64,000 bases of DNA from Podarcis cretensis (GCA_951804945.1 OX638150.1:70308001-70372000); one strand, 5' to 3'. Shown: positions 23,001 to 36,400, counted from the stretch's first letter. Notes: generated by a model not told the origin, from the sequence alone. Made by a program: numbers and translations.

Positions 23001-26000
23001 CACAGTACATCCATCTGACTGCATATCTGCTACTGTTCTATGTGCATATTTCTCAAGTCCCAACTGCGCTTTGCCAGTTTGATGGAACTGGTACAAAAAT
23101 ATGCATATATAACACTGGTATGTAGTTTCCTCTTTGTGTAGCTCCAGTCATAGAAGGTGGATTTTCAGGTGTATAATTCTCTTGGCTATAGCATATTGAG
23201 CAGATGAATGGAGAGCATGTTGAGAAACAGTTCTGTACTTCTGCATGTGGAAGTTGTTACTTCCACTGACCTTGTATGTACTCAAACTTTCAGTAGCTAG
23301 TCCTGTGTCACTCTCTTACACATTTTTTGTTGCACAGGTATGCCAATGTCTTCTTGCAGCCCGTGACTGATGATATAGCTCCAGGTTACCACAGTATTGT
23401 ACAGAGGTGAGTCACCAGTTTTTGCATTAGTGTTGATGCCATCTGTCACAGATCTGTCCTGGACGTCAGTCAGCCTGCAGATTTCAGACACTGCCAGCAT
23501 ATACTTGGGACAGTCTCTTCAATCTAGCATTAATAAAGTTGATCAGGTACAATGACCAGATTCTTGGCAAAAGTGGGGGAAACAGCTAGTTTAGTTATTT
23601 TTAAATAAATTTTTAGATTGTATTAATAAATTTGATTTCTTTGGTAACGTTTGTCTGGTGTTTTATTGACAGGCCAATGGATTTATCAACCATTAAGAAG
23701 AATATTGAGAATGGGCTAATCCGGACCACAGCAGAGTTCCAACGTGATATCATGCTGATGTTCCAAAATGCTGTCATGTACAACAGCTCTGACCATGATG
23801 TATACCACATGGCTGTGGAAATGCAGCGAGATGTCTTGGAGCAGATTCAGGTAAAGCCACAGTCGGAAGTTTTCAGTGAGGCACTGTTCCTATCCTGATG
23901 GGAAGCACTGAGTACACTAGGGAAGATGCCTGCTCATTGCGGCATCTTTATTGTCTCATTAGCTTTTAAGATCCTCTTGGAGGTTAAACCTGGTGTCTGA
24001 CCATCCCTGCATGATTTACCATTCCTACGATCAATCAAAAGGAATGCAGGCTTAGAAACTAACCAGTAAACTGAAGTTCCCTCCACTGTTTCTGTAGCAA
24101 GCCACTAAACTTGCATTCATGTTGAGAACCTTAATAGCTATTATGTGGTTTCTTGCAGCAATTTCTAGCCACACAGTTGATCATGCAGACGTCTGAGTCT
24201 GGGATCAGTGCAAAAAGTCTGCGTGGACGAGATTCCACTCGGAAACAAGATGCTTCAGAGAAGGTGGGGGCTAACAAGAACCTTTGATTTGTTTGGGGGA
24301 GGTTGTTTGAGCCATTTGATAGATGCATCCATTTGAGGGGGAGTAGAGGAGCTTTGGAATCCTTCATTTAGAAGTCTCATTCGGAATAGAAGTGGGCTTA
24401 CCCTTTCAGTTTAATTAGTAACAAAGATGGCTGTGGCAGTCCCTCTCCCTTGTCCCCATATCCTGTGTTTTCAGTATCTAGTACACTGAAAAATTAATTT
24501 GTCCTTGAAGTTGAGGATTGCTACCAAATGAGGAGAGCTGGCATTTCAGTGTGAAGAGCAGCTCTATTCTGTTATCTGAGTGGTGGGTTAGAGACAGAGA
24601 AGTCACTTTTCCAAAACTTGAAGTCAGGAGACTTTACTTGAAGTCAGGAGCCCAATTGAGACATGCTTTTTTGGTTTAGACCAGGGGTTCTCAAACTTTC
24701 TACCCCCAGCACCAACTTGAGATGATTGAACATTATTGAGGTGAACCAGTCAGAAAGAAGTGGCAGAGGGAGGAAGAGCTTGCCATAATTGGCTAGCAAA
24801 TTGCTGTCCTTGTTGTTGCAAGGAGTTCCATAGCTCACCTTTCCTCAAGCTAAGTACAAACATTACTCTGCAAGTATTGTGGCTGTTTCCCCATGTTAAG
24901 CCAGATTCACTGATTCAGATACTCTAAGTGGAGAAGTCTTTTTCTTTTATATTTTTCCCTTTCCACCTGCACCTGCATTTTAAAGCAGTATTACCCATCT
25001 CTTCTTATTCTCCTTTCACACTCAACTTGTACTTATTTCCCCACCCACCCACCAACTCAAGCTGCCTGTTTCATTCCTCTTCTCTGGTCCTTTTACATTA
25101 ACTTGTTCCTATAATAGCTTTCCTTTCTTAGACCCTTCATTTTTATTCCCAGTTTGTTTATTTTCTTATTAGTATCAATAATAATAACAACAATAAATAT
25201 TAATCTATTATCTTACTTTCTAACTTCCTTCAACACCTTTTCTGTCCCTTTTCCCTGAGAGGAAGGAGACCTTCTTTACCTCCTCCCCACCTGAACTTTT
25301 CTGCCTTCTGATTAGAATTTGCTGGTGCTGTCTTTGGTCCAGCCAAAAGGCTATAGCCCAGTTAGGAGGCAGGGAGGCAAGTGAGGAAGCACAGGGGAGG
25401 CTGTGACACTGAGGATACTGGAAAGTGGCCCAAGGCCCTCTGGTGGGTCCCAGACCATGGTTTGAGAAACAGTGGTTTAGACTGTCATGTTGTGTTGTCT
25501 TGTTATGTGTGGATGTGTATATTTCCATCAAGTTCATTTGCTACTTCTGTTTGTCTTTTAACAGGACAGTGTCCCCATGGGCTCCCCTGCCTTCCTCCTT
25601 TCTCTCTTTGTAAGTACTTAATGATTACGCTTTCAGCAGCACGATAACAATATGGGGACATTGTCTGCATGATATGGGGCTTTCTAAGATTACAATCAGA
25701 CTATGGTCATGTTTGGGTTGCTGAAACATAAGAAATGTCTCTACCCCCTTGTGCTTCAGTGTATTGTTTTGTGATTGGATGTCTGGGGGAAAGTGGGGGA
25801 CTTTTTGTTATTTTTGGCTGCAGGCTGCTCACTTCCTTTCATTTCTTCAGTCTGTCTCCTTCCGTTCTGGCTTTGGGTAGATCACAAGACTCTACATTTA
25901 AAAAGGCAACTCTTGCTTAGAGGGTAAAGTTACGCACTAAAGTCCACATTGCAGAGTAATATCCTTGGCTTGCGGCTCTTCCCTTGTTTTCTCTACATCC

Positions 26001-26970
26001 CTATGTTGGATTTAATTATTCACATCTAGAGCTTGGTTTCTGCCTTTGTAGCCCACAGGACTCTCAGAGCAGCTTTCTGTAAGACATAATGCAACAATAA
26101 AATTGTGAAATTATTCCAAGAATTGCAGAGGAAAAGATCCCCAGGAGGGGTTGTCTCCGTAACAGCTTCTCCTGCTGTAAAGAGAAATCTAGTTACATAT
26201 GAGCTACTGTTTCATACATACTTATTGCAACAGTTTGTGTTGAAGCCTCCTCCAAACTATGGGATAGTTCTAGACAGTGTACATTGCAAGAAGACTAAAA
26301 TACAGTGTTTTGTTTCCATGGATGCAGCCATGGTCCTATAGTAAGAAAGCTGCTGTTCTGCCCAAAGATGTGTCTTGGCAGGTTCATCCTCCACCCAAGG
26401 GAATGTGGGTAGGGATGGTTTTCTAATGCCTATTTATTAAAGACAGAGAAGCATGAGGAAAGGCAGCCAGATGGAGTGGGCAGCAGATGGAAGTGATCTC
26501 TCTAGCTTCCGTACATTCACAGAGAGCCGCTGTGAGGACATGCTAGGGAGATAGTGGCAGGGTCACCCACCTGGAAGAGAACTTCTGTAAAGAGCAGCGG
26601 TTGATCAGGTATGTTAGCCAGCATCCTTTCTGCCCACTGAAAGAAATGACTTGGAACTTTTCACATGGGGCAAACACATCATCACATATGCCAATGCCAA
26701 AAGTCCACTTTCCCCTTTCCCCTTTTGAGTTCACACGCAAACTCTGTAGCTGGTTTCATAAGGTAGTCCTCTGTGTTTTAGGAAGGCAAGTGGTACTGCC
26801 TGTCTGTGCAGTCAGTCTTTCCTGGCAACACAGATGGCAGCCAGCAGTCTTTCCTTTTGCCACAGTCTTGCTAATAACAGTGCCTTCCCTTCTCTTTGCA
26901 TTTTGATTAGGATGGGGGAACCAGAGGGCGGCGTTGTGCCATTGAAGCAGATATGAAGATGAAGAAATGA
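8028..26970 (+). CDS. BRD8: Bromodomain-containing protein 8 (NuA4/TIP60-p400 subunit), short single-bromodomain isoform, ~941 aa
   Basis: Exons 8028-8046, 8670-8766, 9694-9763, 10053-10102, 11078-11200, 11307-11387, 11823-11887, 12391-12527, 12882-13097, 14971-15115, 17059-17268, 17705-17985, 18348-18782, 19473-19566, 19686-19732, 20926-21131, 21503-21595, 23338-23406, 23673-23850, 24159-24263, 25565-25609, 26911-26970 (2826 nt, in frame). Starts MAAGTGKHKLLSAGPTEPWSIREKLCLASSV; LSELL motif; bromodomain ANHRYANVFLQPVTDDIAPGYHSIVQRPMDLSTIK...NAVMYN; ends DGGTRGRRCAIEADMKMKK*. Confidence 0.95.
8280..8485 (-). mobile_element. Degenerate tRNA-derived SINE (Squam3-like)
   Basis: catactgactggcagtga...cagggcttcagacaggaatcttccc...ttttgcatgcaa...ctctgccactgag resembles the copies at 29983-30168, 33963-34151 and 36778-36935. 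Confidence 0.5.
8845..9087 (-). mobile_element. L2-clade LINE 3' end fragment
   Basis: LLAVPSLREAKLQGTRQRVFSVVAPALWNALP on the minus strand, with an (AAT)n-type tail; same family as 4193-4505. Confidence 0.8.
15526..15632 (+). mobile_element. Penelope-like element remnant (inverted pLTR junction) with a minimal hammerhead ribozyme motif
   Basis: 32-bp inverted repeat 15526-15557 / 15575-15606. GGTAT-CTGAAGA-stem-(G>A)AAA-GCTC-ATACC at 15557-15596, followed by ttagttggtctttaaggtgctactgg, which resembles reptile Penelope termini. Confidence 0.65.
21633..22144. mobile_element. Degenerate hAT-like non-autonomous DNA transposon
   Basis: Begins CAGGAATGGGGAACC...GGGCCAGAT and ends GTTCCTTACCCCAG. 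TSD not clearly preserved. Confidence 0.4.
22260..22620 (+). mobile_element. Full-length Sauria SINE (Squam1-type)
   Basis: tRNA-like head GGGACGCGGGTGGCGCTGTGG...GGTTCGAATCC (A/B boxes), (ACCTTT)n tail, perfect 11-bp TSD TTGCCATCTGC at 22249-22259 and 22621-22631, CpGs retained. Confidence 0.93.
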
Positions 26971-27070
26971 TGCTGAAGATAAGAAACAGCCCAGTCTTTG
27001 GTGTCTGGACCCAGGAAGCAAAATGATCCTGAGGATGAAATGGCTATGGACAGCGAAGGGCTGACCTGTC

Positions 27071-27076
27071 AATAAA
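27071..27076 (+). terminator. Candidate poly(A) signal of the short BRD8 isoform
   Basis: AATAAA ~100 nt after the stop. Further AATAAA hexamers near 27269, 28140 and 28212. Confidence 0.45.
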
Positions 27077-27319
27077 AAAGAATATCTATCATCCTGGAAT
27101 GTGTAACCAGGGTAATCCCAGAAACAAGAGAGCAGCCCCACTGCCTGTTGTAGGGCAGCAGTATTGGGGTCCTATTAGTGTCCTCATATTAGCTAGCAAC
27201 TGGTGGCTAGTACGTACTGTAATGTGAAGTGTACAGATTTTTTGTATTTGTGGAGTGTAAATGTGTATAATAAATTGTCGTAGAGAATCCTGTAGAACAA
27301 GGTGTGCTGGCTGCATTGA

Positions 27320-28700
27320 TTTATTTACATTACCACCCTCTCTAAGAAAAGCTTGTTTGTAAAGACCTACACATACTGTGAATCAAGATTTTTGACTACA
27401 TAGTCCAAAATGGCAAATCCATCAGCTAGATCAGACCTGCCAAGCAATTTCAAACAGGTCTGCTAACTCCCATCTTCCAGCCCAGGTGCTGAAAAAATAG
27501 TTGCCTCTGCTCTTCAGAGATAGTTGCTGAAGAGCAAAAGGAAACAATTGTATTTTCCATGGCAGTTTTGGTCTTTCTGGAGGAGTTTAAGCTAGTCTAT
27601 CAAACCCAGTTCTGTGATAGATGAGTTTCTACCTGTCTCTGGGTGCAGGATAGTCACGTCAACATTGGCCATGGCCCTCTGCTGGCATGTGGTAGTCCAG
27701 TACTGTCTCTTTTCATTGGCAGAGGTGTGCATGCAGGGTGTGCTATGTGTGCCCAGACACACCCTAATGTTTCAAGACATGAGGTCATAGCAAGGAGGAG
27801 AGAGCATGGAGCAGCTATGGGGGGAGAGACTAAGACAGAAGTGGGGAGGAGGGAAGCAGACAGAGACAGAATAAAAAGCCTAGAATGGACCTGCAGTTTC
27901 CTCCTTACTGTTGCTGCTGGAGCTAAGTATCCCACCATTGCTTACAGATACAGATGCAGGCAGAAGCTGCAGCCTTTTTTCTTTTGCCTGTGTCTGTCTC
28001 ATGGCTCCACCATTTGCCTCCTTCCTAGGACAGGAAGATGATGAAACCATAATCTGTTTTGGTCAATTTGGTTTAACTCATCTGTTTAAAGGTCATGACA
28101 TTTCATTATCACGGCAGCAAAAATTTGGTATTTTTTGTTAATAAAAAAGTTACATTTTAGTTTCTTCAGTTTATTTATTTATCAAACAATGTCCTTTATG
28201 ATTATGTATTCAATAAATATTCATCCTTGGGGGGAAAAGCAAAAACCCTGCATACACACCCTTGTTAAATGTGCTGCACACAGCTAGGCTCATTGGTAGA
28301 GACTCTGCAAGGCAGGGATGGGGAGTCTGTGGCTTTCCAGATGATGTTGAACTCTTGTCAGCTCTGACTATTGGTCATACTGACTGCACTTGATAGAAGT
28401 TGGAGTCTAACAACAGGATCTCCATGCCTGATCCAATATCTTGGATAAGTTTCTCTTCCCAGCACTGCTACTTAAGTACTCTTTCTTCCTTGCCCATACT
28501 TCAAACTGGAGATGCCAAAGACTGAAACTATGATTGTTTAGGTCTTATGGGGGCAGCCAGCAGCTGGTTTATTTACATTACCACACGCTTTCTAAGAAAA
28601 ACTTGTTGACCTACACATACTGTGAATCAATGTTTTGACTACATAGTCCAGAATGGCAAATCCATCAGCTAGATCAAAACTGTCAAGCAATTTCAAACAG
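27320..28700. repeat. Dispersed ~135-bp direct duplication (27320-27457 and 28568-28700)
   Basis: tttatttacattacca...tctaagaaaa...gacctacacatactgtgaatcaa...tttgactacatagtcca.aatggcaaatccatcagctagatca...caagcaatttcaaacag occurs twice with few substitutions or indels. Confidence 0.9.
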
Positions 28701-29982
28701 TGGTTCATACCTTCTGGGCCCTACATGTCATTGCTGGCTGCGGCCAGAGACAAACATGCTCAGAGAAATGGATGTGATTCTTCACCTTTGTACAATAGGC
28801 TACATTACAACTGTGTGGAAGTTTATATACACCTACACCTGTCCTCCATACAAGCAAGCAAGACACATTTTAACCCAGCAAAAGCAGTCAAGGAGGGCAC
28901 AGGAAAATAATACAATATTTATATCACACCACTCTGGGCTGCTTCCAACACATAACATAATAAAACGTTAATAACAACAATCTGATCCGATATAAAAAAA
29001 TCACAACTTTAAAATAGACAACCTATCAAACAAAGCAACAATCAACAATCCATCAGAATCTAATAATACACAGTAAAATTAAACAACGGCAAATAATAAT
29101 TAAACAGTTCACACATACCACAATAAAGAATATACCAATCTATAATCAATAAAAACAACAGCAAATCACAATGCATGAAAACCATAAAACATACAAAACC
29201 ATGTAAAAGGGTCAAATTGAAAAACAGACACACAAATTATAAAACCACACGCACACAAACATCCCTGAAATCCTCTCTGCCGAGCTGCTGCTGTTCTCAA
29301 AGTCACAGTCTGGGAAAGGCTGGGTGGGGCAGATGGAAACACCAGTGCCTGAGTAGGAACAGAAAACCCATGAGGGATGTGGGCTGAGGAGGGGAAGTGG
29401 CTGAGGGAGAGTCCTGAGAGTTGGATAGAGCCCTGGGGAGACCCACCTAGGGCTCCTCAACCTCAGCTTCTCCACCACTTCTTTCGACCATGAGATCTCA
29501 GCAAACACTTCAATGTGTTGCTTCAAAACATATGTCTACTAAAATTTATATTGTCAGCAATGGGAGTAAAATAAGAAACCATCATAATGTTTTAAGACAT
29601 CCTCGGGTTTTGTCAGCAAAAATGACTTACTGATTTTCTCCATCCTGGAGACTCTTTCAGGGATAATCAAAAGAATAACTGGATAATCACCAGTTAAGTG
29701 ATCCCAGCATAAGCAATACAATTTCCCCAGGGTGGTGTTAACGGAAGGCTTCCATGACTTTCACCTGCATTCTCATGTAGCATCTTTATCTCCTCCTCCT
29801 TTAAACCTAGATAAAATTTTGAGATCTTGACTTCTAGACACATTGGATTGTAATAAGGCAGTGGCTTCCAACTCTTTTGCAAAATTGTGCTATCAATGGA
29901 TTGTAGTTCTTGTTAGAAAGGATCTGCCTTTTCTATTCGCCTTACATTGAGAAATCCACCTCTCCTCCTTTACCTATTATGC

Positions 29983-30168
29983 AGGAACATTGGAAGCTGC
30001 CTTGTACCATTCTAGCCAATTAGTCCACCTAGATCAGTACAGTCTGCGTTGATTGGCAGTGGCTCTTAAGGGTTTCAGGCAAAGGACATTCCTACCCGTA
30101 CTTGGAGATACCAGGGTTTGATCCTGGTCCCTTCTGCAGGCAAAGCAGGTGCTCTGCCATTGAGCCAC
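29983..30168 (-). mobile_element. tRNA-derived SINE (Squam3-like)
   Basis: Minus strand GTGGCTCAATGGCAGAGCACCTGCTTTGCCTGCAGAAGGGACCAGGATCAAACCCTGG (A/B-box head) plus the family body. Confidence 0.7.
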
Positions 30169-30481
30169 ATCTGGGTTGCCCTGTTCCCAATCCCCACTGC
30201 TAGCAAACCTGGTGATATAACCCAAGGCTTCAGTAACCTACTCCTGGCTCACCATTTGGATTGCTATGGGACTTGGCAGATGTGCAGTGCCACATAGACA
30301 ATTAGAAGCTAGGGATAATTTTTGGTTAAAGTTCTTTCAAGTCACAGCTGAGAGCATTACCACAATAGATTTCAGGGTTTGAACTTGGCTCCTTTACTAC
30401 CTGCTCAAACACCTGATCGGATCTGAAGCTAGCATGTGAGCAAGTGACAAACCCTCTTCCCATCTCGTGTACCTCTTGTAG

Positions 30482-33400
30482 ATGGGTCACGTGTGGACCT
30501 GGCTGGAGTCCAAAGAAGAATTCTTCAGGGAGTCTGAGAAGAGCAGCAGCTGCCAGTCTCCCCAGGGCTCCACAGGCTCTAGCTCAGATCTTGACCTGGA
30601 ACTAGGCTGCTGGAGAAAGGGGGAAGAAACTGCAGAGGAGGAGGTCGAGGAGAGCAGCAGCCAAGAGGAGGAGAGTCAGCTGGGAACGAGTGGTCCTTTG
30701 GCATGGGAAGATGCCAGTAGAGGGGACCAAGAAGAGGCTGGGAGGTACAAGCAGGATGCTATCTTGAGGTTCCTGTCAGAGGTATGGCAGCTGATGGGTG
30801 CAGTTGAGGAAAAGGCGGAGGTGGTGGTGGGTGACCTTGTCAGAGGGGACTGCTGAAAAAATAGTGCTCCCAGTCAACATGGCAGACTGGCCATTTCTGT
30901 ATGCAGTTGGGTAAATAGAGATAGAAGTTCAGGATAAATGTGTTGACAAGGGTTGGTGCCTGCCCTCTAATTCAAAAGTGGAAGGGTGTCTTTGCCCAGA
31001 TGCACTTCTATTCACACGCCCATGGAGTGTTATTCTGTGTTTTGGCTGTGTCTTTATCCTATACCTGTTAGGACAAAAGATGTGTTGAATGGGCAGATCT
31101 GCATATAGTTCTGTAATGTCACTAATTCTGTAAAGGTCTTAAGCTGCTAGCCTGTCACCCTCTCTTCCAGGTAACACATTTGATGGAGCCCCTTTGCATT
31201 GGCAGCACATACCTGGCCCAGGGTCCACAGGCACTTTGCAGTGCTGGGGAGCAGCCTGGAAGGGGATTGCTGGATCATGAAGGAGACATAAAGGGATCTG
31301 TGATCCACCAAGAGGAGGAAGTGGCTAAAGGAAGTCAGCTTCAGGTTCTGAAAAAGAGAGCTACTGCCCAGGGAAGGGGAAAGTTGGCATTTCAGGTCTC
31401 AGAAGAGTTGCCAGTTATGAACTGGGAAGCAGAAGGAATGGAAGAGCAACAGGATCTGTGTGAGGAGTCAGGAGACTCTCAGATTCAGGATGACAATCCT
31501 GATGGGGGTTTGGGAAAGAAGATGCTGCATAGCCTTGTGGAAAGTGCAGGAGAAACAGATGAAGATGACTACTCATTAGAGCTTACAAATGATACTTCCT
31601 TCAGTTGGAGAACACTGAAGGATGGGGTGCCACAAAACATAGAGGTAAGTAGTGAAACTCTCACAAGTCGAGTTTTAGGACTAGTCTCTGTCTCTGTGCC
31701 TCATCTCCCCATTTTTGGATAGAGGTCATATTCTTTGAAAAGGAACAGCACAGTGAAGTGAAAGTTGATAAGCACCAAGGGAAAGATGAAATCTGTGAGC
31801 TAGCCATGATTGTTGGTGGGAAGGGGGAAAGTGAGAACAAGTTGCTTGGGAGGGCTTAGCTGCGTTTTCAGGTGGGGTGGAGAAAAGATGGACCCACCCA
31901 GTTAGAATCCTAGTATCTTGGCATCATGGGCATCTGGCCCTGAGTTTGATATTCCAATTGTTACTTTGCCAATTCAGCTCATGCCTATTTTGTGTTCACC
32001 AGGAAGTGGCTGCGGAACACAATGAAGAACAAGCTGAAGACTGGAAAGATTGTGACTTCCACCTGAGTTACAGCAACGATGACTCCAGTCCCTATGGAAC
32101 ACCCTTGATGAGCTCTCCTACCACAAGTACAGCTTCTTTGCCTTTGTGAGTAATGGTGGCACAAAGCTCAGAAATGGCATCATACCTGCTCTTCAGGCTT
32201 AGTACTTTAAGTGTAGCCAGTCATCTTGCCATGCAATCATGCACAGGTCTACTCAGAAGTAAACCCCACTGAGTTATGTGGGCCTGGCTCCCAGCTTAAG
32301 TTTATATCTAGGGTTGCAGCTTAAAGCTCCCTCTAGAAGAGGCATGGGGAACTCTTTGTTAGGAAATAACTGGGGAATACTAGTTAATCCAGATATTCCA
32401 TGTGTGGAGGAAACTACAAAAGAAAACAAAAAACATGGGGCTGACTCACTCTGTAGTCAAAAGTGCCCCCAGCAGAGTTTAAAACTAAAATATACGCAGT
32501 GTTTGCAAAGCGTGGCAAATATAGGATGTTAGACCTTTAAATGTCCCAGTATTAAGCACTGGGTACTAATTGTGTTCCCCTGTCTCTACCACTCTCAGAG
32601 TTAATAGAGCACAAACTTTCGTAAGTTTAAATGCTTTACTTATATTAAGTAAAGGTCACACTCATGCATCAATCAATGCTACAGCAAAAACAACACAGGT
32701 AAAAACTTACTGAGTACAAAATATGAAAAGGGTACCTTCAAGCATGGAGTTTGGACAGGGAGCGCCAGCCTCATGTGTCTGGTCAGTTGCATGGTTCAAA
32801 AAGAAGAGGGAGAGAGGAGCAGGAAACAAACAATACTTCCCTCCTCCCTGAAGGTGAGGGGGTGAATCTTAGCTGTGCCTTCTCTAGAAATTTACAGTTC
32901 TGTGCTCCTTAACCCCTTCATTTACTAACTTTCATTGGTAAGTTGTACAAATTTCTTTTTCCATCAGGGGCTAACAAACCTTAGCTGCACCACTGGTCCA
33001 ATAACACATTTCATCCCACCAATTTCTTTTTCCTGATGGGAATAAATCTGTTCTGTTTCTTATCTGTATAGGATGCGGCTGAGCCAAGATGACCCTCTCC
33101 AGCAGCATTTGCTTTTCAAAAAAACTCTGTTGTCCATCTGGAAGATGGTGGCTGGCCACAGGTGTGTGTTATTAAGGTTTATGGAGGCGAAGAGGACAAA
33201 GGGTGCATCCACAGTAGCACATCTTCACGGCTGCTTGATACTAACCATTCAAGAGCTGGTGTAGGTCACACAGCATCTTGCGATTTGTCTGTGTCTGCAT
33301 GCCACTTCCTGTGAGGGTCCTCTTCTCCCCCCAATTTAAGAGATGTAACCTTTTGCACAGTCTGGTCTAGACTGACATCTCCTGTTGTCCCACTTCCTGA

Positions 33401-36400
33401 CACTGCAGTTTTCCTCTTTCAAATTGTTTCATTTCTTTGAGTGGTGTAACGTTGCATCTATAAATCCAGTAACCTAGGCACCTTGCTTATTGCATTTACT
33501 GCATCTGCTAATTTTTTTTAAATAGCAGAAATCGTATCAGACTTGCTTCATGATCCTAAAATCCAATACACTCCTGAGATTTTCACCCTGGGGTTTTTTT
33601 TTTGGCAAGCAGCATCAAATTTATCAAGGTGTATTTGGGTAAACAGGAGCGACTGCCCGTATCTGGTGGTTATTAAGAGGGTGAACTATGTGTGTAAGGT
33701 GAGGGGAGGGTTGAAATTTAAGAGGAGGAAATGTATACCGTAAATAGAGGAAATGTACCACAATTTAGTACCGATACAGTGAGAGTAAACCTAAGACTTT
33801 AAAACCTGTGTGGAAAGACCAGAGTTGGATACTGAGGGAGTCAAAGCTCGAACAGAAAAATGTTGTGGATCAAGCTCAGAGAGAACTGGTGAAAATATGG
33901 GGGAAGACACTGGGATCCCAGGACTGAAGCCTGGAGGAAATGGAGTGTCCTATATGTATTAGCATTAGGAATGTTGAAAGCAACCTTATACCAAATCAGA
34001 CCCTTTGTCCCTCTAGCTTAGCACTGTCTACTCTGACTGGCAGCTATCCTCCAGATTTCAGACTAGGGACATTTTCAGTCTTGTCTGGAGACTGAACTGC
34101 AATCATTGCAACCAAAGCAGATGCTCTTCCACTGAGCTACAGCCCTTCCCCATACAGTCGTACCTCTGGATGCGAACAGGATCAGTTCCGGAGCCCCGTT
34201 CGCATCCTGAGTAGAACGTAACACACGTCTGCAGGTCGCATTTCACCGCTTCTGTGCATATGCGTGATGTCATTTTGAGCGTCTGCGCATGCGCGAGCGG
34301 CGAAACCCAGAAGTAATGCGCTCCGTTACTTCCGGGTCGCCATGGAGCGTAACTTGAAAATGCTCGACCTGAAGCATATTTAACCCGAGGTATGACTAAT
34401 TATAATTGGAAGATGGAACAACAGCTGAATGTGTCCCTTTTTCTCAGCCCACCCTGGCCTGATATTCTTGGTCCGACATTATGCATACACAGCATTCAGA
34501 GCTGCCCCCTGTAAAGCACAAACCTGTGCATGGTTCTACCCTGAGCATTTCACCCTTCCTTTCTGATTGTTATACTGTGATTTCTTAGCTGATTGACTTC
34601 CATCTGCCAATCACTGTCATCCCCACCAGTCATTCTGAGATACAGAAAAGGGTGTGGCATGAAGTCCGGCGGTGAGTCAAGGGATTGTGTAATGCACATG
34701 GGGAAGCCTATTTAGCTCTCTTCATCTCTGTCTCCCTCTTAGATACAGCGGCCCCTTTCTGAAGCCCGTTTCCGAGAAGCAGGCTCCTGGTTACAAAGAT
34801 GTGGTGAAAAGGTCAGCTGAAAAAGTGGAGGGAGAGCTGGTATGGAGAATAAGGCTGTGGAGTGGTACAAGTCACAACAACTGCCATGGTTGCAGTTCCA
34901 GCCGAATTGTCCAATGCCAAAGTCTGTGATATGTTACGGGATCAGTTTAAGCTTATGCAGTCAAGTTGATATGGAGAAGATGCTGGTGGCAATACGTCTG
35001 CCCCCATGCCCTCTTCACCCCTGCCCCTCCTAGCTTCTTAAATTTACCAAAGGGGGTTTGATTCCTTGGGTCCAAGGCATGGAGAACATTTTATTGTGTG
35101 ATGGTGTGGTTCCAGCTGCCTTGAAAGAGACGGTGGTGTGAACACTCTTGAAGAAACTGGCCCTGGGCCCTTTGGACTGGAATAACTACCATCCAGTTGC
35201 AGCTACCAATTTCTTGGTTGTGGAGAGAGTAGTAGCAGGGCAGCTGCAAGCATTATTGGATGACACAGAGCATTTAAACCCATTCCAATCTGGGTTCAGG
35301 CTTGGCTATGGGACCGAGCCATCCTTGGCCACCTTTACAGTCAGCAGGGCAAGGGTAGTGCAGCTTTGTTCCTGCTTTTCTGCCTCTCTGCTGCTTTTGA
35401 TACCAGTGTCCATACAGCCTCTTGGACTGGCTCCATGGAATGAGAAATGGGGGGTTCTAGTCCTACCTACATTGAGAGAGTACTTTTTGGCCCCTTTTGG
35501 TGGTTAAATTATGGGATGCTGCCAGGCACTATTTTATCCCCTATGCCATTGAATACCTATATGAAGCTGTTGGGAAGCAGTCATTAGGCATTTTGGGGCC
35601 AGATGCCATCAGTACACTTATGACACTCAGCTCTATTTCTCCATAACATCTGGATCAGGAGAAGCTTGCCTGTATGCAATGGTGGGATTGATGAGATCCA
35701 TGAGTCAGTCTCCCAGTCCCTCCCCTTACCCACCCAATAATTATTATTGATTGAAAAGCAGTGAGGTAGAGGATGGGATTGGGACTTCAGTACTGGGGTA
35801 GATTCCCTTAACATGAATCACTCCCCCTGAGGCTATTGTTTAGATGAGAAAAGACAATCACCTGTATTGTACCCATCTTCCTATCTACCCACTCTGTGGA
35901 TAATAGCAGCTTTAGTGCGTGATTTATGTATTAAGAAGCAGTATGAGTATGTGAAGGGTTAAAGCCACCCCCAGAATCATCATAGACCTGATCCAAATTG
36001 AGGGAAGGGGCTGATTTCAACCAAAGAAAAGTATGTTGGAAGATTAAATCCACTGTATAACACAGCCAGTAATTGCCACCATCCACTGATGGAGGAACAG
36101 AAATTCTTACTCTAAGGATTGGATATTTCCTTTGAGAGCTGTCTGGGCTACCAAGTTAAAATTCTGCTAGTTTCCAATCTATAACCGCCCAAATCCTTCT
36201 CTGAGAGACAATGTAAATTTTTTTTTAACAACTTGGCCAAAATGACAGACAATTGCAACTCACTTCTCCCTCCTTTCTGAAGACCAGCCGATCTTTCCTC
36301 CATAAAGAGGAGCCTCTCCAAGGGCCGCATTCAGAATATGGTGCAGTTCCAGCGGGATCTCATGCTGATGTTCCAGAATGCCATCATGTACAATAACTCC

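Noticed and set aside
28900-29262. A/C-rich, G-poor tract resembling mitochondrial strand bias (NUMT?)
   Set aside because: No mitochondrial gene or tRNA recognisable. It begins with the L2-tail motif cactctgggctgcttccaac, so it is more likely a low-complexity LINE 3' UTR.
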